This document shows positions 1-9,466 of a DNA stretch of 64,000 bases, one piece after another (the first letter of the stretch is position 1; every line of letters starts with the position of its first letter). The DNA lies in the NCBI GenBank assembly GCA_000402815.1, contig AQSA01000002.1:9062-73061 (forward strand), read 5' to 3'. This DNA comes from Candidatus Neomarinimicrobium atlanticum (GTDB taxonomy: Bacteria > Fidelibacterota > Marinisomatia > Marinisomatales > Marinisomataceae). The notes below the pieces were generated by a model. It worked only from the letters and a program-made list of their open reading frames with translations, ran no database searches and was not told the origin of the DNA. The position numbers and the translations under genes are program-made.

Positions 1-203
1 ATGCCTTTTTCAGATGCATCTCTTCCTCTAAAAATATTTCCGGCACCCAAAACAATCCCAATATCAATATTTAGTTTTTTCAGGGAAGCAACTTCTTTTG
101 CAAGCTGTTGGGCTACATTAGGATCAATACCATAAACATGATTTCCAGAAAGAATTTCTCCGCTAAGTTTAAGGAGAATTCTTCTTTTAGTTTTTTGTGA
201 CAT
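1..203 (-). CDS. pyrH: UMP (uridylate) kinase, N-terminal fragment; gene continues past the left edge
   Basis: Own translation of minus strand from ATG at 201-203: MSQKTKRRILLKLSGEILSGNHVYGIDPNVAQQLAKEVASLKKLNIDIGIVLGAGNIFRGRDASEKG. LKLSGE and GAGNIFRG are UMP-kinase N-terminal signatures. Conserved rpsB-tsf-pyrH order. Confidence 0.8.
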   Translation of the reverse strand, partial: MSQKTKRRILLKLSGEILSGNHVYGIDPNVAQQLAKEVASLKKLNIDIGIVLGAGNIFRGRDASEKG

Positions 204-809
204 TTAGTTGTTAGACTGTTCGCCTAAAGCAAAACGAACAAAGCGATTTATAGTAATATTCTCTCCAAGCTTGGAGACACCCTCTTGAATTAATTGTCCA
301 ATTGTAACATCAGGATTTTTAACAAATGACTGATGAACAAGACAATTATCTTCTTTGAATTTTTTTAATTTACCTTCAACAATTTTTTCTACAACATTAT
401 CTGGCTTACCGCTAGACTTTGCTTGATCAGTATAAATTTCTTTTTCTTTGGCAATAAGATCTTCTGATAAGCTACTTTCATCAATAGCCATTGGATTAGA
501 AGCTGCAATTTGCATTGCAATATTATTTGCTAAATCTAAAAATCCATCAGTTTTTGCAACAAAATCAGTTTCACATCCTATTTCTAATAAAACACCTAAT
601 TTGCTACCGTGATGAATATAAGAAACAACTAATCCTTCATTTGCATCTCTAGAAGATTTTTTTTCTGCTTTTGCGATACCAGATTTTCTTAAAAAATCTA
701 CAGCTAAATCCAAATCTCCTTTAGAGTCGACCAAAGCTTTTTTACAATCCATCATTCCAGCTCCAGTTTTTTCTCTGAGAGTTTTAACTAGCTTTGCATC
801 TATGCTCAT
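204..809 (-). CDS. tsf: Translation elongation factor Ts (short ~200-aa form)
   Basis: ORF 204..878. EF-Ts N-terminal signature LVKTLREKTGAGMMDCKKAL follows the internal Met (MSIDAKL, ATG 807-809). The 23 upstream residues overlap the rpsB 3' end, so the start is trimmed. Synteny with rpsB and pyrH. Confidence 0.9.
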   Translation of the reverse strand: MSIDAKLVKTLREKTGAGMMDCKKALVDSKGDLDLAVDFLRKSGIAKAEKKSSRDANEGLVVSYIHHGSKLGVLLEIGCETDFVAKTDGFLDLANNIAMQIAASNPMAIDESSLSEDLIAKEKEIYTDQAKSSGKPDNVVEKIVEGKLKKFKEDNCLVHQSFVKNPDVTIGQLIQEGVSKLGENITINRFVRFALGEQSNN

Positions 810-813
810 AAAA

Positions 814-1545
814 CTATGCTTCCTTTTTTTCTTCGGATTGCTTCTCTGCTTCTTCAGCTTTCGCATTCTTTTGTGCAACCTCTATAATAGCGTTAGCTAT
901 TTCTGTTACTAGTAACTGTATAGTTCTAATAGAGTCGTCATTAGCAGGAATTGGATGTGTACATAGCGTTGGATCAGTGTTAGAATCAACAATACATACA
1001 ATTGGTATTTCAAGTTTTTGTGCTTCTTTTATAGCGATAGATTCTGTTTTACCATCCACGATAACTATCATGCTTGGTAATCTTTTCATATCTTTAATTC
1101 CTCTATGCTGATCTGAAAGCTTAATTTTTTCGCGATTTAATTGTAGAATTTCTTTCTTGGTTAAATCTTCGAATACTGAAGATCCTTCTTTTTCTAGGGA
1201 ATGTAGTCTTTTAATACTTTTTTTAATTGTAGAAAAATTAGTTAATGTTCCGCCTAACCATCTCTCTACTACATAAAACATACCACATCTATCAGCTTCT
1301 TGCTGTATAACGTCTTTAGCATGCTTTTTGGTGCCAACAAACAGTATTTCTCCGTTCTTTTCTACTGTACTAGTAATAAACTCTACCGCTTTTTCAAGCC
1401 CCTCTAGCGTATGATCTAAATTGATAATATCAATGCCATTCTTTTGGGATATAACATAGTCTTTAAAATTTGGATCAGTTTTGCTTGAAACATGCCCGAA
1501 ATGAGCGCCTGAATTTAATAAATCTTCTTTTGTAATTTTTTGCAT
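814..1545 (-). CDS. rpsB: 30S ribosomal protein S2
   Basis: ORF 814..1599. The S2 N-terminus MQKITKEDLLNSGAHFGH starts at an internal Met (ATG 1543-1545). Also RWLGGTLTNF and a lysine/glutamate-rich tail. Confidence 0.95.
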   Translation of the reverse strand: MQKITKEDLLNSGAHFGHVSSKTDPNFKDYVISQKNGIDIINLDHTLEGLEKAVEFITSTVEKNGEILFVGTKKHAKDVIQQEADRCGMFYVVERWLGGTLTNFSTIKKSIKRLHSLEKEGSSVFEDLTKKEILQLNREKIKLSDQHRGIKDMKRLPSMIVIVDGKTESIAIKEAQKLEIPIVCIVDSNTDPTLCTHPIPANDDSIRTIQLLVTEIANAIIEVAQKNAKAEEAEKQSEEKKEA

Positions 1546-1552
1546 ATATTTT

Positions 1553-1948
1553 TTATCTCTTAGAGAATTGGAATTTCTTTCTCGCTCCAGGTTGACCATA
1601 CTTCTTTCTTTCTACTTCTCTGGCATCTCTTGTTAACAATCCATGTGACTTTAATTGGGGTCTAAATTCTGCATCTACTTTCAAAAGAGCTCTTGCTATA
1701 CCAAGTTGAATTGCTCCAGCTTGACCAGTTAGACCTCCGCCAGAAACGTTAATGTTCAGATCATATTTATCTTTAAGATTTAATACTTCCAAAGGCTTCA
1801 TTGCATGAATAACCAAAGATTCTCTTTTTAGATGTGAATCAATATTTAATTTTTTATTAACAGTAGAAGTTCCAGAACCATCAGATAGATAAACTCTCGC
1901 AGTTGATTCTTTACGTCTTCCAACTCCATTAAATAATTCTTTTTTCAT
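1553..1948 (-). CDS. rpsI: 30S ribosomal protein S9
   Basis: ORF 1553..1963. GVGRRKESTARV, GGGLTGQAGA and the C-terminal RKKFQFSKR are S9 hallmarks. Start trimmed to MKKELF (ATG 1946-1948), which overlaps the rplM stop by 1 nt. Confidence 0.95.
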   Translation of the reverse strand: MKKELFNGVGRRKESTARVYLSDGSGTSTVNKKLNIDSHLKRESLVIHAMKPLEVLNLKDKYDLNINVSGGGLTGQAGAIQLGIARALLKVDAEFRPQLKSHGLLTRDAREVERKKYGQPGARKKFQFSKR

Positions 1949-2385
1949 TAAATAGAACTCCATTCAGTTGGTTGTTGTGCTTCTTGTCCATGATTAGAGT
2001 CTTTATAAATTCTAAGATGTGTTAAAATCTCATTACCTAATCTATTTTTTGGTAACATACCTTTTATTGCCTTTAAAAGTACTTTATCTGAATCATTTTT
2101 CATTAAATCTTTATAGCTAGTAAACTTAACCCCACCTGGATAACCAGAATGGCTAAAATATTTTTTTGAGTCAGCTTTGTTACCAGTCAGCCTTATCTTA
2201 TCTGCATTTACTATAATTACCGCATCACCCATATATAAATTAGGAGCATAATTAGGTCTATGCTTTCCTCTTAATATCTGAGCAACTTGGGATGCAAAAC
2301 GCCCCAATACCTGATTGTCGGCATCTAGCAACCACCATTGTTGCTTTATATCTTTTGCTGATACTGTACTTGTTATCTTTTTCAT
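1948..2385 (-). CDS. rplM: 50S ribosomal protein L13
   Basis: WWLLDADNQVLGRFASQVAQILRGKHRPNYAPN matches the L13 N-terminus. Conserved rplM-rpsI pair. Confidence 0.95.
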   Translation of the reverse strand: MKKITSTVSAKDIKQQWWLLDADNQVLGRFASQVAQILRGKHRPNYAPNLYMGDAVIIVNADKIRLTGNKADSKKYFSHSGYPGGVKFTSYKDLMKNDSDKVLLKAIKGMLPKNRLGNEILTHLRIYKDSNHGQEAQQPTEWSSI

Positions 2386-2455
2386 TAGTGTCTCAAAAAT
2401 GCCTCAAAACTTAATCGATGTGATTCCATTAGTCAATGATTAATGATAGGGAAAT

Positions 2456-3751
2456 TTATAAAGTATAAAACTTGCTTTTTGATACTACATATTTAACTTT
2501 TCCAACCATCTCTTCACCGATGAATGGTGAGTTTGAAGATTTAGAATAAATATCTTTATTTGAGAAGGTCCATTTTTGATTTGGATCAAGTATCGTAATC
2601 TGAGCTTTCTTGCCAATTTCAAATAAATCTCTATCAATATTCATAACTTTTCTTGGATTGACTGTCAACTTTTCAATCAAAGATTTTAAACTCATGCCAT
2701 TATTTTTTACTAAAACTTTATTAACTGCACCAAAACAACTCTCAAGACCAATCATACCAAATGCTGCATCATTAAAAGTAGTTTCTTTATCTTCAAGCGT
2801 ATGTGGAGCATGATCAGTAGCGATACAATCAATAATACCACTTTTAATACCCTCAATAAGTTTCTTTCTGTCTGATTTTCCTCTAATTGGCGGACCAACC
2901 TTCAAATTTGTATTAAATTCTTGAATATCTTCATCTGAAAAGTATAAATGATGAGGACAAACTTCTGAAGTAATAAGACCATCTTTAGATTTGAATTTTT
3001 TGATTAAATCTACAGATTCTTTTGTTGATACATGTAAAATATGTAATCTTGCATTAAGAGATGTAGCTAATAATAAATCTCTATAAACCATCATAGCTTC
3101 AGCTAAGCTATTATTGCCTTTCAATCCTAGATTGCTAGATGTTTTACTTGCATTCATTACACCATCATTTCTGAGATAAATATCTTCAGAGTGATTTAAA
3201 ATAGGTGCATCAATCATTTGTGCATATCGTAATGCTAGACTCATAAATTGAGGATTTTGTATTGACATACCATCATCTGTAAAAGCAATTGCGCCATTTT
3301 TCTTCATTAACATCATTTCAGTCAAATGTTCACCTTCTAAATTTTTTGATACTGCACCAATTGGGAAGATTTCTATTGGTAAATCTTTACTCTTACTTGC
3401 TATATAATATACATGTTCTGGAGAATCAATCACTGGATCTGTATTTGGCATCGTACAAACTTGTGTAAAACCTCCTGCAATTGCAGCCATAGAGCCTGAC
3501 TCTAAGTTTTCTTTATCTTCTCTACCAGGTTCTCTAAAATGGACATGAATATCACAAAAACCATGGGTAACTATTAAACCCTTACAATCAATGACATTGT
3601 AATTTTTTCCCTTAGAAGGTATAGAGTCTGCAATTTTAGATATAGAACCATTTTCAACCAATAAATCGCCAATAAATGTCTTCTTTGAGAATGGGTCAAT
3701 AATTCTACCACCTTTTAATAATAGTTTTTTTGTAGTTTGATTATCTATCAT
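2456..3751 (-). CDS. pyrC: Dihydroorotase
   Basis: 431 aa amidohydrolase. CDIHVHFREPG metal-binding HxH and ATDHAPH motifs. 4-nt overlap with pyrB. Confidence 0.85.
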   Translation of the reverse strand: MIDNQTTKKLLLKGGRIIDPFSKKTFIGDLLVENGSISKIADSIPSKGKNYNVIDCKGLIVTHGFCDIHVHFREPGREDKENLESGSMAAIAGGFTQVCTMPNTDPVIDSPEHVYYIASKSKDLPIEIFPIGAVSKNLEGEHLTEMMLMKKNGAIAFTDDGMSIQNPQFMSLALRYAQMIDAPILNHSEDIYLRNDGVMNASKTSSNLGLKGNNSLAEAMMVYRDLLLATSLNARLHILHVSTKESVDLIKKFKSKDGLITSEVCPHHLYFSDEDIQEFNTNLKVGPPIRGKSDRKKLIEGIKSGIIDCIATDHAPHTLEDKETTFNDAAFGMIGLESCFGAVNKVLVKNNGMSLKSLIEKLTVNPRKVMNIDRDLFEIGKKAQITILDPNQKWTFSNKDIYSKSSNSPFIGEEMVGKVKYVVSKSKFYTL

Positions 3752-4677
3752 AATTTTTCCGATTTATCTGCAAGCAAGAGATAAAGAATTGACATTCTTG
3801 AAGCTACGCCATTTAATACTTGATCTAAAATAACTGCATTATCTGAATCTGCAATCTTGCTATCAATTTCTACTCCTCGATTCATTGGACCTGGATGCAT
3901 AATAACAATGTCTTTCTTTAATTTGCTAATCCTCTCATAAGTCAAACCAAATTCACTATGATATTCTCTTTTAGATGGAATTCTACCTAAATGCATTCTT
4001 TCAAGTTGAATACGTAATCCAATTACTACGTCACACCAATTTAAAACTTCATCAATGTTATGAGTAATATTAACTCCTAATTGTTTAGCATTGCTTGGCA
4101 ATAGAGTACTAGGACCACACACTACAATTTCGGCACCTAGTTTTTTAAGTGCAAAGATATCACTTCTTGCTACCCTACTATTTAGGATATCACCTATAAT
4201 ACCGACTTTTAAATTTTTTATCTTACCAAATTTCTCTTTAAGTGTTACCATATCTAAAATAGCTTGCGTTGGATGTTCATGGGACCCATCTCCTGCATTG
4301 ATCACTGCTCCATCAATGTACTCAGTTAACTTTAGTGCTGATCCAGGATGTCCGTGTCTAATAACAGCTCCATCTATTTTCATTGCATCAATATTTTGGA
4401 TTGTATCTTTTAGAGTTTCTCCCTTCTTAACGCTGCTTGTTGATGAAGAAAAATTAATACTATCTGCTCCTAATCTTTTTTCAGCTAGCGTAAAACTAAT
4501 TTTTGTTCTTGTAGAATTCTCAAAAAACATATTAACAATCGTTTTTCCCTTCAATAAGATTGCTTTTCTTTCTGGGCTTTCTAGGATTTCTTTGAATTTA
4601 AATGAAGTATCAATTATTTTATTCAAATCAGAAGTTGGAAAATGTTCTAAACCGATAAGATGTTTGCTTTTTAGCAT
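3748..4677 (-). CDS. pyrB: Aspartate carbamoyltransferase catalytic subunit
   Basis: ENSTRTKISF (STRT carbamoyl-phosphate motif), HEHPTQAILD, HPGPMNRGVEI. Confidence 0.9.
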   Translation of the reverse strand: MLKSKHLIGLEHFPTSDLNKIIDTSFKFKEILESPERKAILLKGKTIVNMFFENSTRTKISFTLAEKRLGADSINFSSSTSSVKKGETLKDTIQNIDAMKIDGAVIRHGHPGSALKLTEYIDGAVINAGDGSHEHPTQAILDMVTLKEKFGKIKNLKVGIIGDILNSRVARSDIFALKKLGAEIVVCGPSTLLPSNAKQLGVNITHNIDEVLNWCDVVIGLRIQLERMHLGRIPSKREYHSEFGLTYERISKLKKDIVIMHPGPMNRGVEIDSKIADSDNAVILDQVLNGVASRMSILYLLLADKSEKL

Positions 4678-4701
4678 ATTTTTTCTCCAATTCTCGGAAA
4701 C

Positions 4702-5613
4702 TTAGCTTATTTCAACTAATTTATCAACTATATCATTAACGCTGGTATTGTCAATATCAAATACATGATCAAAACTCTGGTTATCAAACCATTTCATTTG
4801 TCTTTTTGCATATTGCCTAGTGCGAATGTGAATTTTTTCTATTACATCTTCTAATGATATTTTTTTATCTAAATATGATGATATCTCACTATAGCCTATA
4901 TAATCTATATGATCAATATTGCAATTATGATCTTTTAGATATTGAACTTCTCCTATCATACCTTCCTCTATCATAGATAAAGTTCTTTTGTGGATAATCA
5001 ATTCAAGAGATTTTCTTGGCATTCTGAGATATACAGTATTGATTCGGTCATGGAAAGCACTTTTTTTATTATTAGACTTAAAATTCTCTGTCATATTCTT
5101 TCCTGTAATTTTGTAAATTTCAAGAGCTCTAATTAATCTTCTTTTATTATTAGGATGAACCTTTTTTGAATATATAGGATCAATAGAGACTAATTCCTTG
5201 TAAAGATTATCTGAATTTCCATTATCATACTCTTTTTCAAGATAAGTTCTAATTTTTGCATCTGTTTTACTTCCAATAAAAATACCCTCCACCAAAGACT
5301 TTAGATATAATCCTGTACCGCCGCAGATAATGGGTGTTTTATTTTTCTCTAAAATGGTGACAATTCTTTGATCTACTAACTCCACAAATTCGCCCGCCGA
5401 AACTGTTTCATGTAAATCTTTTGTACCAATTAAATGATGCTTAATTATACTTAAATCTTTTGCAGATGGTTGGGCAGTACCGATTGGGATCATTTTATAA
5501 ATCTGCCTAGAATCTAATCCGATAATTTCACTATTTAATTTCTTAGCTAATTTTATTGATAAACTTGTTTTTCCTATTCCGGTAGGACCAACTATTGCAA
5601 AGATATTTGTCAA
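4702..5613 (-). CDS. miaA: tRNA dimethylallyltransferase
   Basis: N-terminal P-loop GPTGIGKTSLS, GGTGLY and the RQMKWF C-terminal region typical of MiaA. Confidence 0.9.
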   Translation of the reverse strand: MTNIFAIVGPTGIGKTSLSIKLAKKLNSEIIGLDSRQIYKMIPIGTAQPSAKDLSIIKHHLIGTKDLHETVSAGEFVELVDQRIVTILEKNKTPIICGGTGLYLKSLVEGIFIGSKTDAKIRTYLEKEYDNGNSDNLYKELVSIDPIYSKKVHPNNKRRLIRALEIYKITGKNMTENFKSNNKKSAFHDRINTVYLRMPRKSLELIIHKRTLSMIEEGMIGEVQYLKDHNCNIDHIDYIGYSEISSYLDKKISLEDVIEKIHIRTRQYAKRQMKWFDNQSFDHVFDIDNTSVNDIVDKLVEIS

Positions 5614-6248
5614 GCTAGATTGATGCCTGTTAGTAAATTAAAAATCAGCTTTGCTGGCTCGAATATTACAAAACTAAATATACTTAATCCGCCAATCAGT
5701 GATAATAATACCAGTCCCATCAATACACGAGGACCATAATATTCAATTTGATACAATGTTCGAGGGTCTCGAATAAACAAAGGCAATAATCTTGAGCCAT
5801 CTAAAGGAGCAATTGGAATTAGATTAAATAATGCTAAAACAATATTTATAAAGACAAAAAATATCATAGCGCTAGTAAATAATTCTGGAATACTAAATGG
5901 AGCAATAGTAGAGAATCTTAAAAAAATAGAGCCTATAATGGCTAAAAAAATATTCGAAGCAGGACCTGCAATAGCAATTAACATCATATCTGTTCTAGGC
6001 TTGGAAAGATTTCGCATATTAACAGGTACAGGTTTTGCCCATCCAAAACCAAGGAAGTATAATGCTAATGTTCCAATTGGATCTAAATGACTAATAGGGT
6101 TTAAATTCATTCTATCTTGATAGTAAGCTGTATAATCACCCAAATAGTAAGCTACTCGAGCATGAGCATATTCATGAAAAGTTAATGCAAATAAAATACA
6201 TGGCATTACAATCAATTGCATTTCTAGTGGTGCGCTTGCTATTCCCAT
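5610..6248 (-). CDS. Site-2 protease family (peptidase M50) membrane metalloprotease
   Basis: Polytopic 212-aa protein with HEYAHA (HExxH) in the first TM region and a later NLIPIAPLDGSR motif. Confidence 0.7.
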   Translation of the reverse strand: MGIASAPLEMQLIVMPCILFALTFHEYAHARVAYYLGDYTAYYQDRMNLNPISHLDPIGTLALYFLGFGWAKPVPVNMRNLSKPRTDMMLIAIAGPASNIFLAIIGSIFLRFSTIAPFSIPELFTSAMIFFVFINIVLALFNLIPIAPLDGSRLLPLFIRDPRTLYQIEYYGPRVLMGLVLLSLIGGLSIFSFVIFEPAKLIFNLLTGINLA

Positions 6249-6260
6249 ACCAAAAAATAG

Positions 6261-7169
6261 TTAATTCTTACCCTTTTCAAAAGCTTTCATATATTCACTA
6301 TCAATAAATTCTCTTGAAAGATGAGTGTAAATTTCTGTAGTTGATATGTCTGCATGTCCAAGAAGAGCCTGCACTTCTACTAAATTTGCTCCACCATCTA
6401 TTAGGTGGGTTGCAAAAGAGTGTCTAAAAGTATGTGGAGATATTTTTTTAGGAATAGCCGCTCTATCAATATATTTTTTTACTGATTGCCATATTGCAGC
6501 TCGAGTAAGTGGCAATCCATTATTACTCAAGAAAACAAACTTTGATCCTTTGGTAGATCTTTCAGATAAAATTCTACGTGATTGTGTTAAATATCGCTCT
6601 AACCATTTTCTTGCATAATAAGTTAACGGAATCATTCTTTCTTTATTTCCCTTGCCAAAAAAACGAATAAGATCTAAATCAAATTGTATATTATTCACTT
6701 TCAGATTACATAACTCGCTAACTCTCAAACCAGAAGAATATAGCATTTCAAGAATGCACCTATCTCTTAATCCTAACAACTCATTATCAGTATTTTCAGA
6801 TTGAAAAAATACTTTATTTATTTCATCTATAGTCAATATTTCTGGTAAAGCTTTTGGTATCTTAGGAGTAAAAACTCCATTAAGAGGATTGCTCTGGATG
6901 ATTTTTCTATCTAAAAGAAATATGAAATAAGAAGAAAGCGAGGAAAATTTTCTCTTTATTGATCTGGGAGATAATTTTCTCTTTGAAAGCTGCCTGAAAA
7001 AATTTTTTGTATGCTTAGTTTCAACAACAACATCTTTAAAATTAATTTTATTCTTTTTCAAGAAAACATTGAAAGATTTTAAGTCCGAAAGGTATGCACT
7101 AACAGTATTGTCTGAATAATTTCTTTCGATTTTTAACATTCTAGAGAAATCATCTAAGTTAATTAGCAT
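6261..7169 (-). CDS. XerC/XerD-family tyrosine site-specific recombinase (intact)
   Basis: N-terminal SAM-like domain (ERNYSDNTVSAYLSDL). Catalytic region GLRVSEL, GKGNKERMIPL, HTFRHSFATHL, LLGHADISTTEIYTHL. Confidence 0.8.
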   Translation of the reverse strand: MLINLDDFSRMLKIERNYSDNTVSAYLSDLKSFNVFLKKNKINFKDVVVETKHTKNFFRQLSKRKLSPRSIKRKFSSLSSYFIFLLDRKIIQSNPLNGVFTPKIPKALPEILTIDEINKVFFQSENTDNELLGLRDRCILEMLYSSGLRVSELCNLKVNNIQFDLDLIRFFGKGNKERMIPLTYYARKWLERYLTQSRRILSERSTKGSKFVFLSNNGLPLTRAAIWQSVKKYIDRAAIPKKISPHTFRHSFATHLIDGGANLVEVQALLGHADISTTEIYTHLSREFIDSEYMKAFEKGKN

Positions 7170-7171
7170 TT

Positions 7172-7549
7172 CTATCCAATTAATTCAATATATGATTTTG
7201 AATCGAGTAATTTAGATTGATCAGCATTATTATCTAATTCAATCTTAACCATCCAACCATTTTTATAGGGATCTTCATTTACTTGCTCTGGAGTATCGTT
7301 CAAGTCTTCATTTACTTCAATGACTTTACCTGTTAATGGCATATACATATCTGATACAGTTTTAACTGCTTCGATTGTACCAAAAACATCTCCATCATTA
7401 AAATTTTCTTCTACAGTAGGAAACTCTAAAAAGATAATGTCCCCTAATTCACTTTGTGCAAAATCTGTAATTCCGATAGTAGCAATATTACCACTTATTT
7501 CAACCCACTCGTGTTCAGATGTATACATTAAATTCTCTGGATGATTCAT
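7172..7549 (-). CDS. gcvH: Glycine cleavage system H protein
   Basis: YTSEHEWV, GITDFAQSELGDI and the lipoyl-lysine motif IEAVKTVSD. Confidence 0.9.
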   Translation of the reverse strand: MNHPENLMYTSEHEWVEISGNIATIGITDFAQSELGDIIFLEFPTVEENFNDGDVFGTIEAVKTVSDMYMPLTGKVIEVNEDLNDTPEQVNEDPYKNGWMVKIELDNNADQSKLLDSKSYIELIG

Positions 7550-7607
7550 TTAATCCCTTTCCTCGTCGACAAAACTCACTGTTTTGTTTACTCTTTTTTT
7601 AGTAATT

Positions 7608-7647
7608 ATTAGGAGTATTTAGCAAAGTATTTAGTAAAACTCCTAAT
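7608..7647. repeat. Left island border: 9-bp inverted repeat (ATTAGGAGT / ACTCCTAAT) enclosing two direct AGTATTTAG motifs 12 nt apart
   Basis: Read directly. Arms at 7608-7616 and 7639-7647. Motif copies at 7614-7622 and 7626-7634. Confidence 0.7.
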
Positions 7648-7659
7648 CAGTACCGAAAA

Positions 7660-8034
7660 TTACGATAAAAAAGTTTCATTAGAAGTAATTAATTTCTCAT
7701 CATTACTTATTAAATCAACAAACATATTTTTATCATATTTTAAATACCTTTCAGTTGTTTTAAAGTTGCTATGTCCCATCAATCCTTGCAATATATAAGG
7801 ATTAACATCTTTAGCAATTTGAGTAAAAGCAAAGGTATGTCGCAGATCATGTAACCTTGCTTTAATACCAACTTCTTTACAGGCTTTACCCCATGATTGT
7901 GATAACCCATGAGGAGTAAACATACATTCTCTTGTAATTTGATAATGGTACAATGCTTCCTCACTTAATTTGATGAATCGTTCTTTACCACCCTTACCAT
8001 AGACTCGTAAGAAATTATTCGCTTTAAGTTGAAG
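7660..8034 (-). pseudogene. Truncated phage-type tyrosine integrase (C-terminal catalytic half only)
   Basis: ORF 7660..7953 carries HDLRHTFAFTQ and LMGHSNFKTTERYLKY. The same frame extends upstream without a start as LQLKANNFLRVYGKGGKERFIKLSEEALYHYQ, up to an in-frame TGA at 8035-8037. The N-terminal core-binding domain and box I Arg region are absent. Confidence 0.7.
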
Positions 8035-8210
8035 TCAAGGATAAAATGTTTTATGATGATAAACCCTTAGATAAGTCTTTAAATAAAGTAGTATGCATAA
8101 TTTTTTGATTAGTGATTCCTTAGATTGTTTAACTTTAATGAAATCAATCAAAAGGGGATGATAGTGTATAAATTATATAGAACGATACAGAAAAGAAGGA
8201 GTATAATTTA

Positions 8211-9017
8211 GTGGAAAATGTCTTAATAATTGGGGGTAATAGATTCGTTGGTAAAGCATTATCAGAAAGACTATTACATAATGGAATTCAAGTTGATGTA
8301 TTCAATAGAAGTGGAACATCATCAGATGGTGCAAAAGTCATACAAGGTGATAGAAATAAACCAGAGGACTTAGAAAAGATAGACTTTACTAAATACGATT
8401 GTATTGTTGATATGTGCTTGTTCTTTGAAAGTCAGTTTGATTTGATTGAACACCTTATACCAAGCGAAACCAATTATATCTTTGTCAGTAGTGCAGCAGC
8501 TAATAGTAATTATTCAGAACACTATGGAGACTATGGACACGACAAGAAACAAGTTGAAAGAAGACTACAAGATTCAAAACTAAACTATAAAATAGTTAGA
8601 CCAAGTTTTATCGTTGGTCAAGGTAATTACAGACCAATATTGAGCTATTATATGAATAAGATTATCAATAGAGAACATATTGAAATAGGTGGTAATGGAC
8701 AAAACAATATTAATATTGTGTTTGTTCAAGATGTAGTAAAGCATTTGGAAAGATTAGCAACCACACCAGAGAGAACATATGAGATAATAGAACTCGTTGG
8801 AGATAATATTCAGATTATTGACTTAATCTACAAAGTAAATGAATACTCACGAGAGGGAGAAGTCTTATTAGTTCAAGATGATGAAAATGCAATACTACCT
8901 AAAAACGATTTCATATTTGAAACTAATTGGGATTACACCAAGTTAGATGAAGGATTAAAAGATTATGCAGAATGGTATTATAAAGAAGGAGCAAAGGGTT
9001 ATGGATACAATATATAA
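8211..9017 (+). CDS. NAD(P)-dependent epimerase/dehydratase-like (SDR/Rossmann) protein
   Basis: GTG start preceded by AGGAG (about 8197-8201). N-terminal VLIIGGNRFVGKAL glycine-rich dinucleotide fold. 268 aa. One of three plus-strand genes in the window. Confidence 0.6.
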   Translation: MENVLIIGGNRFVGKALSERLLHNGIQVDVFNRSGTSSDGAKVIQGDRNKPEDLEKIDFTKYDCIVDMCLFFESQFDLIEHLIPSETNYIFVSSAAANSNYSEHYGDYGHDKKQVERRLQDSKLNYKIVRPSFIVGQGNYRPILSYYMNKIINREHIEIGGNGQNNINIVFVQDVVKHLERLATTPERTYEIIELVGDNIQIIDLIYKVNEYSREGEVLLVQDDENAILPKNDFIFETNWDYTKLDEGLKDYAEWYYKEGAKGYGYNI

Positions 9018-9037
9018 GATGAGGATCTATGCTAATA

Positions 9038-9415
9038 TTATGAAACTGGTTTACCATAGTCATTGGTTCCCTCATCTCCTTTTTGGCAGAAAAGATATAT
9101 CCAATAAAAAACAGAGAGGTTTACTAAAGGTATCATAGCAAGGATATAAAAGACTATAATCCACCATCCTGGCCAATTTAGATCATGGAATCTTCTAAAT
9201 CCTATTGCTAGGTTTGGAATAAAAAATGCTACTACAGCTACCATTCCCAATATCCCAAAAGATACTATTGAAGCAATAATTACTACAATCCAGAACCAAA
9301 CAAGAAACATCCAATAATCTTCACGACTACATCTTCCTTGAAAATCTGAATATTGCTCAGTAATAACATTCCAAAAATATCCATAGAATGAACCTTTTAG
9401 TGTTTTATGTTTCAT
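9038..9415 (-). CDS. DUF805-family small inner-membrane protein
   Basis: GRCSREDYWMF, three TM segments and RRFHDLNWPGWW match my recollection of the DUF805 (YhaH/YhaI-like) pattern. Start trimmed to ATG 9413-9415 (MKHKTL). Confidence 0.6.
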   Translation of the reverse strand: MKHKTLKGSFYGYFWNVITEQYSDFQGRCSREDYWMFLVWFWIVVIIASIVSFGILGMVAVVAFFIPNLAIGFRRFHDLNWPGWWIIVFYILAMIPLVNLSVFYWIYLFCQKGDEGTNDYGKPVS

Positions 9416-9462
9416 AATCAACAAATCTAACGATTATTCAGAGTAGATGTCTATTGGAAATA
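9411..9462 (-). promoter_or_regulatory. Start-proximal leader element, copy A (fills most of the gap upstream of the DUF805 gene)
   Basis: The 40-nt core at 9423-9462 is 38/40 identical to 11126-11165. Same 7-nt spacing to the ATG and shared ATTATGAA start context. The sense strand ends in TTAGATTTG. Confidence 0.5.
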
Positions 9463-9466
9463 ATGA

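Noticed and set aside
810-878. N-terminal extensions in the ORF track: tsf to 878, rpsB to 1599, rpsI to 1963, PduO adenosyltransferase to 45401, lipoprotein to 14829, DUF805 to 9424
   Set aside because: The extensions overlap the 3' end of the upstream gene and precede the conserved family N-terminus. Internal Met codons give canonical N-termini, so I trimmed the starts.
4091-4705. 204-aa plus-strand ORF antisense to pyrB, plus similar antisense ORFs: 2610-2813, 6346-6618, 12235-12546, 13003-13305, 28073-28477, 39749-40120, 47595-47912, 51740-52093, 53995-54330, 57042-57428, 61464-61832 and others
   Set aside because: All lie entirely inside well-supported minus-strand genes. Their translations are Ser/Leu/Phe/Ile-rich low-complexity shadow sequences with no recognisable motifs and no SD or start context. 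These are typical antisense-frame artefacts of codon-biased genes.
6261-7169. The Xer-like recombinase as the island's own integrase, or the island as a dif-exploiting IMEX element
   Set aside because: The protein has a full XerC/XerD-like architecture and sits in a core context on the far side of gcvH from the island. The flanking repeat has no dif-like 11-6-11 palindromic structure.
7563-7580. TCGTCGA(C/G)AAA..TCA.C similarity between 7563-7580 and 11344-11360 as an alternative att core
   Set aside because: The match is only about 7 contiguous identical bases followed by gapped similarity. The 21/22 AGTATTTAG-based repeat is much stronger and sits next to the integrase remnant.
7550-7659. 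tRNA or tmRNA gene as the integration target at the island border
   Set aside because: The spacers at both borders are AT-rich, with no GC-rich acceptor-stem, T-arm (GTTCRANNC) or cloverleaf-compatible segments that I could identify by eye.
7779-7964. 61-aa minus-strand ORF overlapping the integrase remnant in another frame
   Set aside because: It overlaps the frame that carries clear tyrosine-recombinase catalytic motifs, and its own translation has no recognisable features.
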